NCBI GenBank assembly: GCA_007116145.1
Contig: SKJB01000015.1
Span: 22,101-86,100 of the forward strand
Direction: 5' to 3'
Source: Limnochordia bacterium
GTDB lineage: Bacteria > Bacillota > Limnochordia > Darwinibacteriales > DTU012
DNA: 64,000 bases
Shown here: positions 1 through 10,154 of the stretch, piece after piece
Numbering within the stretch: position 1 is the first letter of the stretch
Layout: every line of letters starts with the position of its first letter
Notes under the pieces: generated by a model
What the model saw: the letters and a program-made list of their open reading frames with translations, nothing else
Database searches by the model: none
Told to the model about the DNA's origin: nothing
Made by a program: the position numbers and the translations under genes

Positions 1-2
1 CC

Positions 3-245
3 GATGCAAGGCAATTTGTTCGTTTCTTCTTTTCAGGAGCGACCGAATGTGGTTTAGATAAACAAGGGCGCATCATTGTGCCACCGACGTTGCGCGAGTA
101 CGGCGAAATCGACAAGGATGTAACAGTAATTGGCGTTTCTAATCGTGTTGAAATATGGAGTAAGGAGCGTTGGCAAGCCTACATGACTCGGGCTGAAGAA
201 TCCTATGAGATAATTGCTGAAAGTATTGTAGAACTCGGAATTTAG
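3..245 (+). CDS. mraZ: Transcriptional regulator MraZ, C-terminal part (5' end outside the window)
   Basis: Frame 3 translates as DARQFVRFFFSGATECGLDKQGRIIVPPTLREYGEIDKDVTVIGVSNRVEIWSKERW..., the typical second SpoVT-AbrB repeat of MraZ. The stop TAG is at 243-245. It lies directly upstream of rsmH. Confidence 0.85.
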   Translation, partial: DARQFVRFFFSGATECGLDKQGRIIVPPTLREYGEIDKDVTVIGVSNRVEIWSKERWQAYMTRAEESYEIIAESIVELGI

Positions 246-281
246 GTTATGCTAGAAGAAGTCCGGTACGGAGGTAATAAA

Positions 282-1235
282 ATGAAATTTCAACATGAGC
301 CGGTGCTACTTGCGGAAGTAATTAAGAGTATGAACTTACAGTCTGACGGCACTTATGTGGATTGCACTCTAGGAGGAGCTGGACATAGTTTAGCGATACT
401 CCAAGCTCAGTCGAGGATTAAACTGGTGGGTATTGATCAAGACCCTAGTGCACTTTTAGCAGCAAAAAAACGTCTATTACCTTATTTAGATAGGGTTACC
501 TTTATTCATGATAATTTCAAGAACTTATCCAGTGTCCTAACAGAGTTAAACATACCGCGTGTTGATGGTATTTTAATGGATATTGGAGTGTCGTCTCATC
601 AGTTCGATCAGGCGGAGCGAGGGTTTAGTTACCAACATAATGCACCGTTAGATATGCGCATGAATCCACAGAATCCCGTTACCGCTAAAACACTGGTTAA
701 TACCTTAACAGAACATGAGTTAACGCAAATAATTTTTGATTATGGAGAAGAGCGGTGGGCTAAGCGAATTTCTCAATTTATTGTGGAAAAACGCAGTTTG
801 GAGCCGATTGAGTCCACAGAGCAATTAGTAGATGCAATCAAAGCAGCGATTCCGGCGAGTGCGCGACGTGAAGGTCCCCACCCTGCTAGACGGACTTTTC
901 AAGCACTGAGAATAGCTGTTAATCGTGAACTCGAGGTTTTTGAAGAAGCGATTTATCATGCTGTCGACGCACTAAGTAGCGGAGGTCGATTATGTGTAAT
1001 TACTTTTCATTCTCTTGAAGATCGAATAGCAAAAGAAACATTTAAAAAGCTATCCACGGGTTGTACCTGTCCAGCGAATTTCCCGATCTGTGTTTGCAAT
1101 CAGAAACCGAAAATCCGTTTGGTAACGCGTAAACCTATCATTGCCAGTAAAGAAGAACTTGGTAGAAACTCGCGTGCACGCAGTGCCAAATTAAGAGTAT
1201 GTGAACGTTTAGATGGAAGAGAGTTGAGCCAATGA
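282..1235 (+). CDS. rsmH: 16S rRNA (cytosine1402-N4)-methyltransferase RsmH/MraW
   Basis: Carries HEPVLL, DCTLGGAGHS, GIDQDP and DLGVSSHQ-like motifs. I chose the ATG at 282 because GGAGG at 270-274 precedes it. The ORF track begins at 249 in the same frame. Confidence 0.93.
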   Translation: MKFQHEPVLLAEVIKSMNLQSDGTYVDCTLGGAGHSLAILQAQSRIKLVGIDQDPSALLAAKKRLLPYLDRVTFIHDNFKNLSSVLTELNIPRVDGILMDIGVSSHQFDQAERGFSYQHNAPLDMRMNPQNPVTAKTLVNTLTEHELTQIIFDYGEERWAKRISQFIVEKRSLEPIESTEQLVDAIKAAIPASARREGPHPARRTFQALRIAVNRELEVFEEAIYHAVDALSSGGRLCVITFHSLEDRIAKETFKKLSTGCTCPANFPICVCNQKPKIRLVTRKPIIASKEELGRNSRARSAKLRVCERLDGRELSQ

Positions 1236-1735
1236 TACCCGCTCGTAAATTAGACTATTATGATGTAAAACGGCCTATACGAATTCAATTACGGCAGAAA
1301 CAACAAAGTCGTCGTAAAAAGCGCAAGAGGATGCCAGAAACGCTACTGGTTTGTTTGGTTGCGCTTTTTTGTGTTACCGGTTGTTTGCTCTATCTAGGGC
1401 ATCAAATCCATACAATGCGATTAAACGTGATTCTTACCAATTTAAACCAAGAGATCTACCTAGTGCAACAGGAACAAGCCCACTTAATGCTGACTCTCAA
1501 ACAAGCTAGTCGCTTAAGTGTGATCGAAAATACTGCCAGATTGGATCTAGGGATGGTTGAACCAAGCCGCACCACAGTTGTTGTCACAACACCTGCAGAT
1601 GATCAATACAGCACGTCTGATGGGTGGATAGCAGATAGTACTAGGAGTGATAACGTTTTTGAGGTGGTGGCAGATTGGTTGAATCGCTGGCTACCAGTAG
1701 GGGGTGTCGAAGCTGGGAGAATCAGTCGGCAATAA
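1232..1735 (+). CDS. ftsL: Cell division protein FtsL-like (bitopic, coiled coil)
   Basis: Sits between rsmH and the PBP gene. It has a basic N-terminus, one TM segment (LLVCLVALFCVTGCLLYL), then a heptad-like region. At 167 aa it is longer than a typical FtsL. Confidence 0.7.
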   Translation: MIPARKLDYYDVKRPIRIQLRQKQQSRRKKRKRMPETLLVCLVALFCVTGCLLYLGHQIHTMRLNVILTNLNQEIYLVQQEQAHLMLTLKQASRLSVIENTARLDLGMVEPSRTTVVVTTPADDQYSTSDGWIADSTRSDNVFEVVADWLNRWLPVGGVEAGRISRQ

Positions 1736-3797
1736 AATTCTGAAGCAACGGACATGCTATGTCCTAATGCTCTTTCTGTTTTTAATTACTCTGCTCGCAG
1801 GTCGTTTGGTCTATCTGCAAGTATGGCAATCCAGTCGCTATACCCAGTTAGCCCAGGCTCAGAGACTACGCCCAACTGCCATTGATGCAAGGCGGGGTAG
1901 TATTCTTGATAGAAACTATAAGACTCTTGCCGTAAGTGCAGGAGCCTATGCAGTCTATGTGTTACCACATTTGACTAGAGATCCAGTAGCGACAGCGATG
2001 AAACTTGCACCTTATTTAGCGATGTCCAAAGCTGAGATTGCCCAAGTGTTGACAGATCAAAAGACGAATATCTGGCTTACTCGAAAGCTCCCAATCGAGA
2101 CAGCCAAAAGCATTGACGCATTAGGATTGCCAGGTATACGTCTTTTAGAGCGTCCCCAACGATTCTATCCTCAAGGAACTCTAGCAGCTCAGGTTTTGGG
2201 TATAGCGGGGATTGACAATCAAGGTCTTGAAGGACTTGAGTTTTATTATAATCAATATTTACAAGGCACACCTGGTAGATTAGAGAAAGAAAGAGACGCT
2301 ACCCAACGAGAAATTCCCGGAGGTATAGAACGGCTTATACCGCCAACAAACGGGTATGATCTCATCCTTACAATTGATTCAACCATTCAGTATATAGCGG
2401 AACGTGAGATTGAGTCTGCTGTTTTAAATTCAAATAGCGACAGTGGTATTATTCTTATTGTTAATCCAAATACAGGAGAAATTTACGCGAATGCGATTTA
2501 CCCCACTTTTGATCCCAATAATTATCAGTCATATCCGACGGAAAATCGGCGTAATGTTAGTGTTACAGATCAATATGAGCCTGGTTCAACGTTTAAGATT
2601 TTTACTGCAGCATCAGCCCTAGATAGTGGGATTACAACCCAAGAGCGATCGTTTTACAGTGGTCGATCCTGGAGTGTGGGTGGTGGTGCTGTTCGTAGTT
2701 GGAATGGAACCGGACATGGACAGATTAGCTTTTTACAAGCAGTTGAAAACTCCGACAATATTACATTTGCGCAATTAGCAGTAGAAATGAAGCCAGAATT
2801 ATTTCACCCTTACCTAGCAAAGTTTGGTTTTGGAGAGCGCATGGGTATTGACTATCCTGGCGAGGGACGAGGAGTATTGCCCAAGCCTGGTCAAATACGC
2901 CATGGTGAACTATTACAGTGGGCCAATATTGGTTTTGGTCAAGGAGTAGCAGTTACTCCACTGCAATTAATAATGGCCACTGCAGCTGTGGCAAACGGAG
3001 GAGCACTACTCAGACCATATTATGTAGCCGAGATCCGTGATGAAAGAGGTAAAGTGATTGAACGTACTCAACCTCATACTTTAGCTGAACCTATTTCACA
3101 GGCAACCAGCAAGGAAATGTTGGAGATTCTACGTTCCGCTGTTGTTAATGGCTCGGGTGGACGGGCCGAAATTATTGGCTTTCATGTAGCGGGAAAAACA
3201 GGGACAGCTGAAGTGCCCGAGCAGGGTGGATACGGAGATAAGCGAATTGCATCTTTTGTTGGTTTTGCTCCAGCAAACGATCCTGCTATTGTTGCTTTAG
3301 TAGCTCTACACAACCCGCAAACTGATGTTCGCTTTGGTGGAGTATTAGCAGCCCCTGTATTTCAAAAAGTAGCAGAACAAACTTTGGAATATTTAGGCAT
3401 AAAACGGCGTAAAGCTAGTACAGAACAATCGATTATGACTGTGGTACCAAATGTGCGCAATTTTCCCCTAGCGGATGCGAGACAGTCGATACTGCAAGCT
3501 GGATTACAATGGAGTTATGAAAACCCGGGGCAGATTGTTATCGATCAAATTCCAGGTCCTGGAAGTCGTGTTGCGCCCCAGACCACAATAAACTTGTACT
3601 TCTATGATGAGATAAATCCAACAATAGTAACGATTCCTAATTTAATTGGTCACAGCATGCGAGATGCTTCAGCTATCCTATCAGAAATAGGTCTACGATT
3701 ACGAATCATCGGAAGTGGTATGGCTCATAGACAAACTCCTCAGCCAGGTACTAAAGTTCCAGTAGGTTCAGTAATCGAAGTGGAATTTCTACGATAG
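1704..3797 (+). CDS. Class B penicillin-binding protein (FtsI/PBP2B/SpoVD type) with two C-terminal PASTA domains
   Basis: Has an N-terminal TM segment and the transpeptidase motifs STFK, SDN and KTGTA. Two PASTA-like repeats are at the C-terminus (VPNVRNF...; IPNLIGHSMRDA...). The start is uncertain because the ORF overlaps the ftsL end. Confidence 0.9.
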   Translation: MSKLGESVGNKILKQRTCYVLMLFLFLITLLAGRLVYLQVWQSSRYTQLAQAQRLRPTAIDARRGSILDRNYKTLAVSAGAYAVYVLPHLTRDPVATAMKLAPYLAMSKAEIAQVLTDQKTNIWLTRKLPIETAKSIDALGLPGIRLLERPQRFYPQGTLAAQVLGIAGIDNQGLEGLEFYYNQYLQGTPGRLEKERDATQREIPGGIERLIPPTNGYDLILTIDSTIQYIAEREIESAVLNSNSDSGIILIVNPNTGEIYANAIYPTFDPNNYQSYPTENRRNVSVTDQYEPGSTFKIFTAASALDSGITTQERSFYSGRSWSVGGGAVRSWNGTGHGQISFLQAVENSDNITFAQLAVEMKPELFHPYLAKFGFGERMGIDYPGEGRGVLPKPGQIRHGELLQWANIGFGQGVAVTPLQLIMATAAVANGGALLRPYYVAEIRDERGKVIERTQPHTLAEPISQATSKEMLEILRSAVVNGSGGRAEIIGFHVAGKTGTAEVPEQGGYGDKRIASFVGFAPANDPAIVALVALHNPQTDVRFGGVLAAPVFQKVAEQTLEYLGIKRRKASTEQSIMTVVPNVRNFPLADARQSILQAGLQWSYENPGQIVIDQIPGPGSRVAPQTTINLYFYDEINPTIVTIPNLIGHSMRDASAILSEIGLRLRIIGSGMAHRQTPQPGTKVPVGSVIEVEFLR

Positions 3798-3833
3798 CGA
3801 GATGGTTGATTGTGATCGAAAGGAGAATGATTA

Positions 3834-5306
3834 ATGAAGCTTTCGGAGTTGGTTAAGCATATTACTGCTAAGATGGTTGGTAGTGATAGGGAAATAAAAG
3901 CTTTGGGTTATGACTCTCGCGCCATGAAACCCGAGAGCTTGTTTTTTGCTATTCGTGGATACAAAACGGACGGACACAACTATGTACAGAAAGCAGTCGA
4001 CAATGGTGCCATTGCTATTGTTGTTGACCACGAGATTCCAAATACGAGAGTTACACAAATCGTGGTTGCAGACACCCGTTTTGCCATGGGATTAATGGCT
4101 GCTTCCTTTTTTGGTTTTCCAACTCGTAAGTTACGCATGATCGGAATTACAGGCACAAATGGAAAAACGACCACTACATATTTAACTAAGGCATTATTGG
4201 AGGAAGCTGGCTTTAAGGTGGGGTTAATCGGTACAATTCAGAATTTAATTGCAGATAAGATATTGCCAGCAAAGCGCACTACGCCAGAATCTGTGGATTT
4301 ACAGCATTTATTAGCAAAGATGGTGCAGCAAAAGGTAGAGTATGTCGTTATGGAAGTTTCTTCCCATGCTTTAGAGTTGCAGCGCACTGTTGGAGTTGAG
4401 TTTGATGTAGCAATTTTTACAAATTTAACACAAGATCATCTTGATTTTCATCAAACCTTTGATCAATACTTTAATGCAAAGGCCAGATTGTTTACGAGTC
4501 TATTGAAAGACACAACAAAAACCCCTAAGACAGCAGTCATTAATTTCGATGATGCCTACGGTCTAAGAATGGCAGCTAGGAGTTCTGCACCCGTTATAAG
4601 CTATGGAGTAGAAAGTTATGCCCAACTGCAAGCAAACGATCTCCAGATTCGTAGTACGGGCGTGAGCTATCGACTGCATACTCCGCTTGGTGATGAAGAA
4701 TTAGCTCTTCGCTTAGCTGGTACGTTTAATGTCTATAATTCTTTGGCAGCAATCGGTGTAGGTTTAGCTGAGGGCATTGATCTCACTACTATGAAAGTAG
4801 CTTTAGAGAAAGTTAAGATAGTTCCTGGTCGTTTTGAGTTAGTCGATGGAGGGCAAGACTTTACTGTCATCGTCGATTATGCCCATACACCTGATAGCCT
4901 TGAAAACGTACTGCGCACGGCCCATGGTTTTGTGAAAAATCGCGTCATTGTAGTCTTCGGAGCTGGTGGGGATCGCGATCGTAGTAAACGTAGCTTAATG
5001 GGAACTGTTGCAGCTAATTTCGCTGATCATATCATTATTACTTCCGATAACCCGCGCAGTGAGGAACCCTTAGCTATTTGCCAAGAAATTGAAGCAGCCA
5101 TTAAAGATAGCGATACTACTGTTTCTTATGATCTTATTGTCAATCGTCAGGAAGCGATTTATCATAGTATACAACTTGCGCGTACTGGTGATGTGTTGAT
5201 ACTTGCCGGAAAAGGACATGAAACATATCAAGAGTTAAAAGAAGAAATAATTAATTTTGATGATAAAAAGGAAGCCTTAGCGGCGATAAAGGAGTTGCTT
5301 TCTTAA
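3834..5306 (+). CDS. murE: UDP-N-acetylmuramoyl-L-alanyl-D-glutamate--2,6-diaminopimelate ligase
   Basis: Mur ligase P-loop GITGTNGKTTT. The DNPR motif (TSDNPRSEEP) is typical of meso-DAP-adding MurE. The dcw position also fits. Confidence 0.95.
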   Translation: MKLSELVKHITAKMVGSDREIKALGYDSRAMKPESLFFAIRGYKTDGHNYVQKAVDNGAIAIVVDHEIPNTRVTQIVVADTRFAMGLMAASFFGFPTRKLRMIGITGTNGKTTTTYLTKALLEEAGFKVGLIGTIQNLIADKILPAKRTTPESVDLQHLLAKMVQQKVEYVVMEVSSHALELQRTVGVEFDVAIFTNLTQDHLDFHQTFDQYFNAKARLFTSLLKDTTKTPKTAVINFDDAYGLRMAARSSAPVISYGVESYAQLQANDLQIRSTGVSYRLHTPLGDEELALRLAGTFNVYNSLAAIGVGLAEGIDLTTMKVALEKVKIVPGRFELVDGGQDFTVIVDYAHTPDSLENVLRTAHGFVKNRVIVVFGAGGDRDRSKRSLMGTVAANFADHIIITSDNPRSEEPLAICQEIEAAIKDSDTTVSYDLIVNRQEAIYHSIQLARTGDVLILAGKGHETYQELKEEIINFDDKKEALAAIKELLS

Positions 5307-5307
5307 A

Positions 5308-6663
5308 ATGCGGTCACTATCGTTTTCACAGGTAGCGAGCTTTTTGCATACAGAATGTTCTTCTCAGGAATTAATGAAACGTGTGATAATAGACAGTCGC
5401 GAGGCTTCAGCAGGAACTCTATTTTTTGCCTTGCCAGGGGAACATACCGATGGTCATCAGTTTGTAGAGGATGTACTCAAACAGGGTGGGTTTGCGGTTG
5501 TTAAAACAGGCTACGGTAGCGGAGATCGGGTTATCGAAGTTGCTGATCCCTTAGAAGGATTACAACGACTAGCCAAACAGTATCTTGCATTGTTTTCTGT
5601 GCCTGTTGTTGCTGTGACAGGCAGTAATGGAAAGACAACGACAAAAGATATGATTGCTGCCATATTAAGTGAAAAGTGGTCCGTTCATAAAACACAAGGC
5701 AATTTTAATAATGAAATCGGGTTGCCATTGACAGTATTGGGCTTGGACGAATCTCATCAGATACTTATTCTGGAAATGGGCATGCGCGGACTTGGACAAA
5801 TTTTCCAGTTAACTCAAATTGCACCTCCAGATATTGCGGTGATAACAAACATTGGACCTGTACATCTTGAGCTATTGAAAACACAAAAGAATATTCAACA
5901 TGCTAAGGGGGAGATTCTCACAGGATTAAAACCCAACGGAATGGCTGTGCTAAATGGTGACGATCCGCTAGTGAGAGAGTTAGGGGAAAATTCCGAACAT
6001 TTGGTGTTATACTATGGGATGCGTCAAGCGTGTGGCTTGTATGCAAGCGACATTATACTTGATTCGCTAGGTAGAGCGAGTTTTACTTGCCACTATCAAC
6101 AACGAACGCTACCCGTCTCTCTGCCGATTCCAGGTGTGCATAATATCAACAATGCTCTAGCTGCTATGGGTGTTGGATTGCGCTTCGGTCTATCTATTGA
6201 TCAGTGCATTAAGGGTCTACGTTCTGTCATAGTAAGCAAAATGCGGATGCAGCTCACAGAGGGACAAAAGAAAATTAGGATTATTAATGATGTCTATAAT
6301 GCAAGTCCCGCCTCAATGAAAGCCGCTCTTGATACATTAAGTAGTATAGAGACGGGGAAACGCCGCATAGCCATTTTAGGTGATATGCGCGAGTTAGGAG
6401 AATTGACGCAACAAGCACACATTGATATTGGAAACTATGCAGCAAGGAAATGCGATCATCTAGTGTGCATAGGGCAATACAGAAATTATTTACAAGAAGG
6501 GGCTAGGTTAGCAGGATTTTGCGATTCCAATATAGGAGTATATGAGTGTATTGAAGATTTTCTTGATCAGATATGGCAGCACATAGAACCAAAAGATCTT
6601 GTTTTGATCAAAGCATCTCGCGGAGTAGCCTTAGAGCGAGTTGTGGATGTTCTAGAGAGGTAG
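5308..6663 (+). CDS. murF: UDP-N-acetylmuramoyl-tripeptide--D-alanyl-D-alanine ligase
   Basis: Mur ligase P-loop GSNGKTTTKDM and the NNEIGLPLT motif. It starts 1 nt after the murE stop. Confidence 0.93.
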   Translation: MRSLSFSQVASFLHTECSSQELMKRVIIDSREASAGTLFFALPGEHTDGHQFVEDVLKQGGFAVVKTGYGSGDRVIEVADPLEGLQRLAKQYLALFSVPVVAVTGSNGKTTTKDMIAAILSEKWSVHKTQGNFNNEIGLPLTVLGLDESHQILILEMGMRGLGQIFQLTQIAPPDIAVITNIGPVHLELLKTQKNIQHAKGEILTGLKPNGMAVLNGDDPLVRELGENSEHLVLYYGMRQACGLYASDIILDSLGRASFTCHYQQRTLPVSLPIPGVHNINNALAAMGVGLRFGLSIDQCIKGLRSVIVSKMRMQLTEGQKKIRIINDVYNASPASMKAALDTLSSIETGKRRIAILGDMRELGELTQQAHIDIGNYAARKCDHLVCIGQYRNYLQEGARLAGFCDSNIGVYECIEDFLDQIWQHIEPKDLVLIKASRGVALERVVDVLER

Positions 6664-6671
6664 TGAAGGAA

Positions 6672-7646
6672 ATGATGGATGGAATGAGTCAAGCCCCATT
6701 TGTAGCTGCAGCTGTTGCATTCTTTATGGCAATTGTCATGGGTCCGGTAACAATTAGCTACTTACAGCGATTAAAGTTTGGTCAAAATGTGCGTTCTGAT
6801 GGCCCTCAGCGCCATATGCAGAAAATGGGGACACCCACCATGGGTGGGGTCATGATCCTTTTGGCACTAACAGCGTCGACTCTCATCATTGGTCGCGGTG
6901 ATACGATGCTACCCTTTGCCTTATTTGCGACCTTAGGGTATGGTGTAATCGGATTTCTTGATGATTTAATAAAGATCCTTACCGGTAAATCGTTAGGACT
7001 AAAGGCAAGGCAAAAACTATTAGGTCAGATTTTAGTGGCAGTTTTAGTCGGTCTCTATGCTCTTAGCCAGGATAGTATTGGTACCCTGTTATTGATCCCA
7101 TTTACCGCTGCTACCATTAGCTTACCTCCAGTCATCTATATGATGTTAGTGATTGGGGTGATGCTTGGTACTGCTAATGCTGTGAACCTTACCGATGGGT
7201 TAGATGGTTTAGCTGCAGGTACCATGGCTGTGGCTGCTGGTGCGTATGCAATTGTAGCAATGTGGCTGGGAAATGTAGAAATCGCCCTCTTTTCGGGAGC
7301 TGTAGCAGGAGCATGTCTAGGCTTTTCTTGGTTTAATGCACATCCCGCTTCGATATTTATGGGTGATACAGGCTCTCTCGGCTTAGGAGCTGCTCTAGGT
7401 GTAATGGCAATTTTTACACGTACACCCTTATTTCTCCCGCTGATTGGTGGGTTATTTGTCATCGAAACGTTATCTGTTATTTTACAGGTAGGTTACTTTA
7501 AACTAACTAAAGGAAAACGAATACTTAAAATGGCACCACTGCATCATCATTTTGAGTTACTGGGGTGGGAGGAGCCTAAGGTTATGATTAGGTTTTGGTT
7601 AATTAGTATATTTTTTGCAGCCATTGGGTTGTTAGCGGTCCTCTAA
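6672..7646 (+). CDS. mraY: Phospho-N-acetylmuramoyl-pentapeptide transferase
   Basis: Polytopic membrane protein with the motifs GTPTMGG, NAVNLTDGLDGLA, FMGDTGSL and APLHHHFE. I took the start at ATG 6672, after the murF stop. The ORF track extends upstream to 6573 inside murF. Confidence 0.95.
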   Translation: MMDGMSQAPFVAAAVAFFMAIVMGPVTISYLQRLKFGQNVRSDGPQRHMQKMGTPTMGGVMILLALTASTLIIGRGDTMLPFALFATLGYGVIGFLDDLIKILTGKSLGLKARQKLLGQILVAVLVGLYALSQDSIGTLLLIPFTAATISLPPVIYMMLVIGVMLGTANAVNLTDGLDGLAAGTMAVAAGAYAIVAMWLGNVEIALFSGAVAGACLGFSWFNAHPASIFMGDTGSLGLGAALGVMAIFTRTPLFLPLIGGLFVIETLSVILQVGYFKLTKGKRILKMAPLHHHFELLGWEEPKVMIRFWLISIFFAAIGLLAVL

Positions 7647-7679
7647 CCGAATATACATTAGGGAAGGGGGCATGGAGGA

Positions 7680-8774
7680 ATGTTCACAAAAAAAGGAAAT
7701 CCCGATTTGCTAGTATTTACAACAGTTATTGTTTTGTTAAGCATAGGAATTATCATGGTCTTTAGTGCATCTTCGGTAATGGGGATATCTGATTTTAGAG
7801 ATCCCTTTCATTATGTAAAGCGTCAATCACTGTGGGCGGTGGTTGGTTTGTTTGCAATGTTTTTCTTAGCCCGCATTGATTACCGCATTTATAAAGCCTT
7901 AGCTTTACCGGGTATTCTTCTCTCTTATGTGCTCTTAGTGTTAGTGTTGATTATAGGTCAGGACATTGGTGGAGCGAAACGCTGGATTGATCTGGGTTTT
8001 TTCAATTTGCAGCCATCCGAAATTTCCAAGCTGGCTATGGTAAATTTTGTGGCTGTGTATATAGCAAACAAACGTGAGAAGTTACGCTTGTTCTGGATCG
8101 GTTTGTGTCCAATTCTAGTCATTCTTGGACTTAAATTTGGCTTAATCATGCTTGAACCTGATTTTGGAACAGCTGTAGCCATGAGCTTTACGATTTTAGT
8201 CGTCCTGTTCGCTGGCGGAGCCCACCTCGGGCAGCTTGCAGGCTTAGGACTCGCAGCAATTCCAGGCCTGATGTTCCTAGTGTTTCAAAAACCCTATCGA
8301 ATGCGACGAATTATGGCTTTTCGTGATCCTTGGGCGGATCCAGCTGATACAGGATGGAATATAATCCAGTCGCTGTTAGCTATTGGATCAGGAGGCTTAT
8401 TTGGATTAGGGCTTGGTAACAGCCGGCAAAAGTTTAGTTACTTACCTGAACACCATACAGACTTTATTTTTGCGATTCTCAGTGAAGAACTTGGATTTAT
8501 TGGGGCTTTTATGGTTGCATTCTTGTTTTTCATTTTTGCTTGGCGCGGGCTAAGAATTGCACTAAATGCACCGGATCTCTATGGGACTTTACTTGCAATT
8601 GGCATTACTTCGATGATTGGATTTCAAGCCATGCTAAATATGGGTGTTGTAACAGGATCATTACCTGTTACTGGTATTCCACTACCATTTATTAGCTATG
8701 GAGGTGCATCGCTAATGATGAGTTTAGCGAGTGTGGGTATTTTGTTGAATATATCTCGCCAGTCAAAGACTTAG
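7680..8774 (+). CDS. ftsW: SEDS peptidoglycan glycosyltransferase FtsW/SpoVE
   Basis: Ten-TM SEDS protein with the motifs QPSE, EPDFGT, LPEHHTDFIF and GIPLPFISYGGS-like. Confidence 0.9.
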   Translation: MFTKKGNPDLLVFTTVIVLLSIGIIMVFSASSVMGISDFRDPFHYVKRQSLWAVVGLFAMFFLARIDYRIYKALALPGILLSYVLLVLVLIIGQDIGGAKRWIDLGFFNLQPSEISKLAMVNFVAVYIANKREKLRLFWIGLCPILVILGLKFGLIMLEPDFGTAVAMSFTILVVLFAGGAHLGQLAGLGLAAIPGLMFLVFQKPYRMRRIMAFRDPWADPADTGWNIIQSLLAIGSGGLFGLGLGNSRQKFSYLPEHHTDFIFAILSEELGFIGAFMVAFLFFIFAWRGLRIALNAPDLYGTLLAIGITSMIGFQAMLNMGVVTGSLPVTGIPLPFISYGGASLMMSLASVGILLNISRQSKT

Positions 8775-8842
8775 GTTTATCACATATTCCCTCGACACGC
8801 ATAGTATAGAGAGTAACAAAGCACGAAACCAGAGGTGATACA

Positions 8843-10090
8843 ATGCGTAAGTTATTTGTCGAGGGAGGCCATCCACTCAAAGGTGTGATTCGTGTAAGCG
8901 GAGCCAAGAATGCAGTATTAAAACTAATGGCTGCAGCCTTGTTAGGCCATGGACGATTTGTGATTCGTAATGTACCTGAGATTAGAGATGTATTTACAAT
9001 GTTAGGCGTACTGCAAGCGCTTGGTGTGGAAGCAACACTTAACGACTCGACTATTTTTCTCAATGTCGAAACAGTGCGCGGGGAAGCCCCTGTAGCTTTG
9101 GTCCAGGAGATGCGGGCATCCATCCAAGTGATGGGGCCATTACTTGCTCGGTTGGGATGGGTACGCCTCTCGAAACCTGGCGGTTGTGCTATTGGCGATA
9201 GACCTATAGATTTACACCTTAAAAATTTCAAGAAACTTGGTGCACAAATTAGAGAAGAGCATGGGTTCATTACTGCTTCAACAAACGGACTTGTTGGCAA
9301 AGAGCTGTATTTGGATTTTCCAAGTGTAGGGGCAACGGAGAATCTTATGATGGCTGCAACATTAGCCCAAGGTACAACAGTTATTCATAATGCAGCTCGA
9401 GAACCGGAAATTGTGGACATTCAGAATTTTATCAATCTGATGGGGGCACGGGTATATGGTGCTGGAACGAGTACGATTACGATCAAAGGTGTAACACAAT
9501 TAGGCGGTGCCGACTATGCAGTAATTCCTGATCGGATTGAGGCTGGAAGTTATCTGATAGCAGCTGCAATTACTAGAGGAGCCATTACCATAGAGCATGT
9601 GATTCCACAACATTTGACCGCAATAGTTGATAAGCTACAAGAAACCGGTACAGAAATCAAAGTAGGAACTGATACTATAGCAGTTAGAGGAGTACAAGAC
9701 TTATTTCCCATCAATATTCTCACCCAACCATACCCAGGTTTTGCAACGGATTTACAACCCCAATATATGGCGTTAATGACACTCGCTGGAGGTAGTAGTG
9801 TAATCAAAGAAACAGTGTATACAAATCGTTTTCGTCAGGTAGAGGAATTACGCCGTATGGGTGCAGATATTCTCCTTGATAGTAATGCAGCAGTAATTAA
9901 AGGAGTGCCACAACTATCTAGTGCACTAGTGCACGCCACCGACTTACGTGCTGGAGCCGCGCTTGTACTAGCAGGGTTAGCAGCCTCAGGTATTACAGAG
10001 ATAACAGGACTCGATCATATAGACCGCGGTTATGAGAAGTTAGTTCATAAGCTACAGACCGTTGGTGGTAGAATCTGGCGGGAAGATTAA
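8843..10090 (+). CDS. murA: UDP-N-acetylglucosamine 1-carboxyvinyltransferase
   Basis: N-terminus GGHPLKGVIRVSGAKN and active-site Cys loop KPGGCAIGDRPIDLH. The 415 aa length fits MurA. Confidence 0.95.
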   Translation: MRKLFVEGGHPLKGVIRVSGAKNAVLKLMAAALLGHGRFVIRNVPEIRDVFTMLGVLQALGVEATLNDSTIFLNVETVRGEAPVALVQEMRASIQVMGPLLARLGWVRLSKPGGCAIGDRPIDLHLKNFKKLGAQIREEHGFITASTNGLVGKELYLDFPSVGATENLMMAATLAQGTTVIHNAAREPEIVDIQNFINLMGARVYGAGTSTITIKGVTQLGGADYAVIPDRIEAGSYLIAAAITRGAITIEHVIPQHLTAIVDKLQETGTEIKVGTDTIAVRGVQDLFPINILTQPYPGFATDLQPQYMALMTLAGGSSVIKETVYTNRFRQVEELRRMGADILLDSNAAVIKGVPQLSSALVHATDLRAGAALVLAGLAASGITEITGLDHIDRGYEKLVHKLQTVGGRIWRED

Positions 10091-10154
10091 ATCCCGCCTT
10101 TTAAGGAAACTGCTATCATCCGAGGAGTGGTTGGTCATTGAAAGGAGTGGGTTC

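Noticed and set aside
8692-9300. 202-aa minus-strand ORF overlapping the ftsW 3' end and murA
   Set aside because: It lies antisense to a confidently identified murA. Its composition is low-complexity and Ser/Pro/Thr-rich, typical of shadow frames, and it has no SD. The same reasoning applies to 7136-7462, 11185-11553, 18141-18479, 18558-18935, 37978-38421, 43946-44386, 44699-45103 and 45258-45560.
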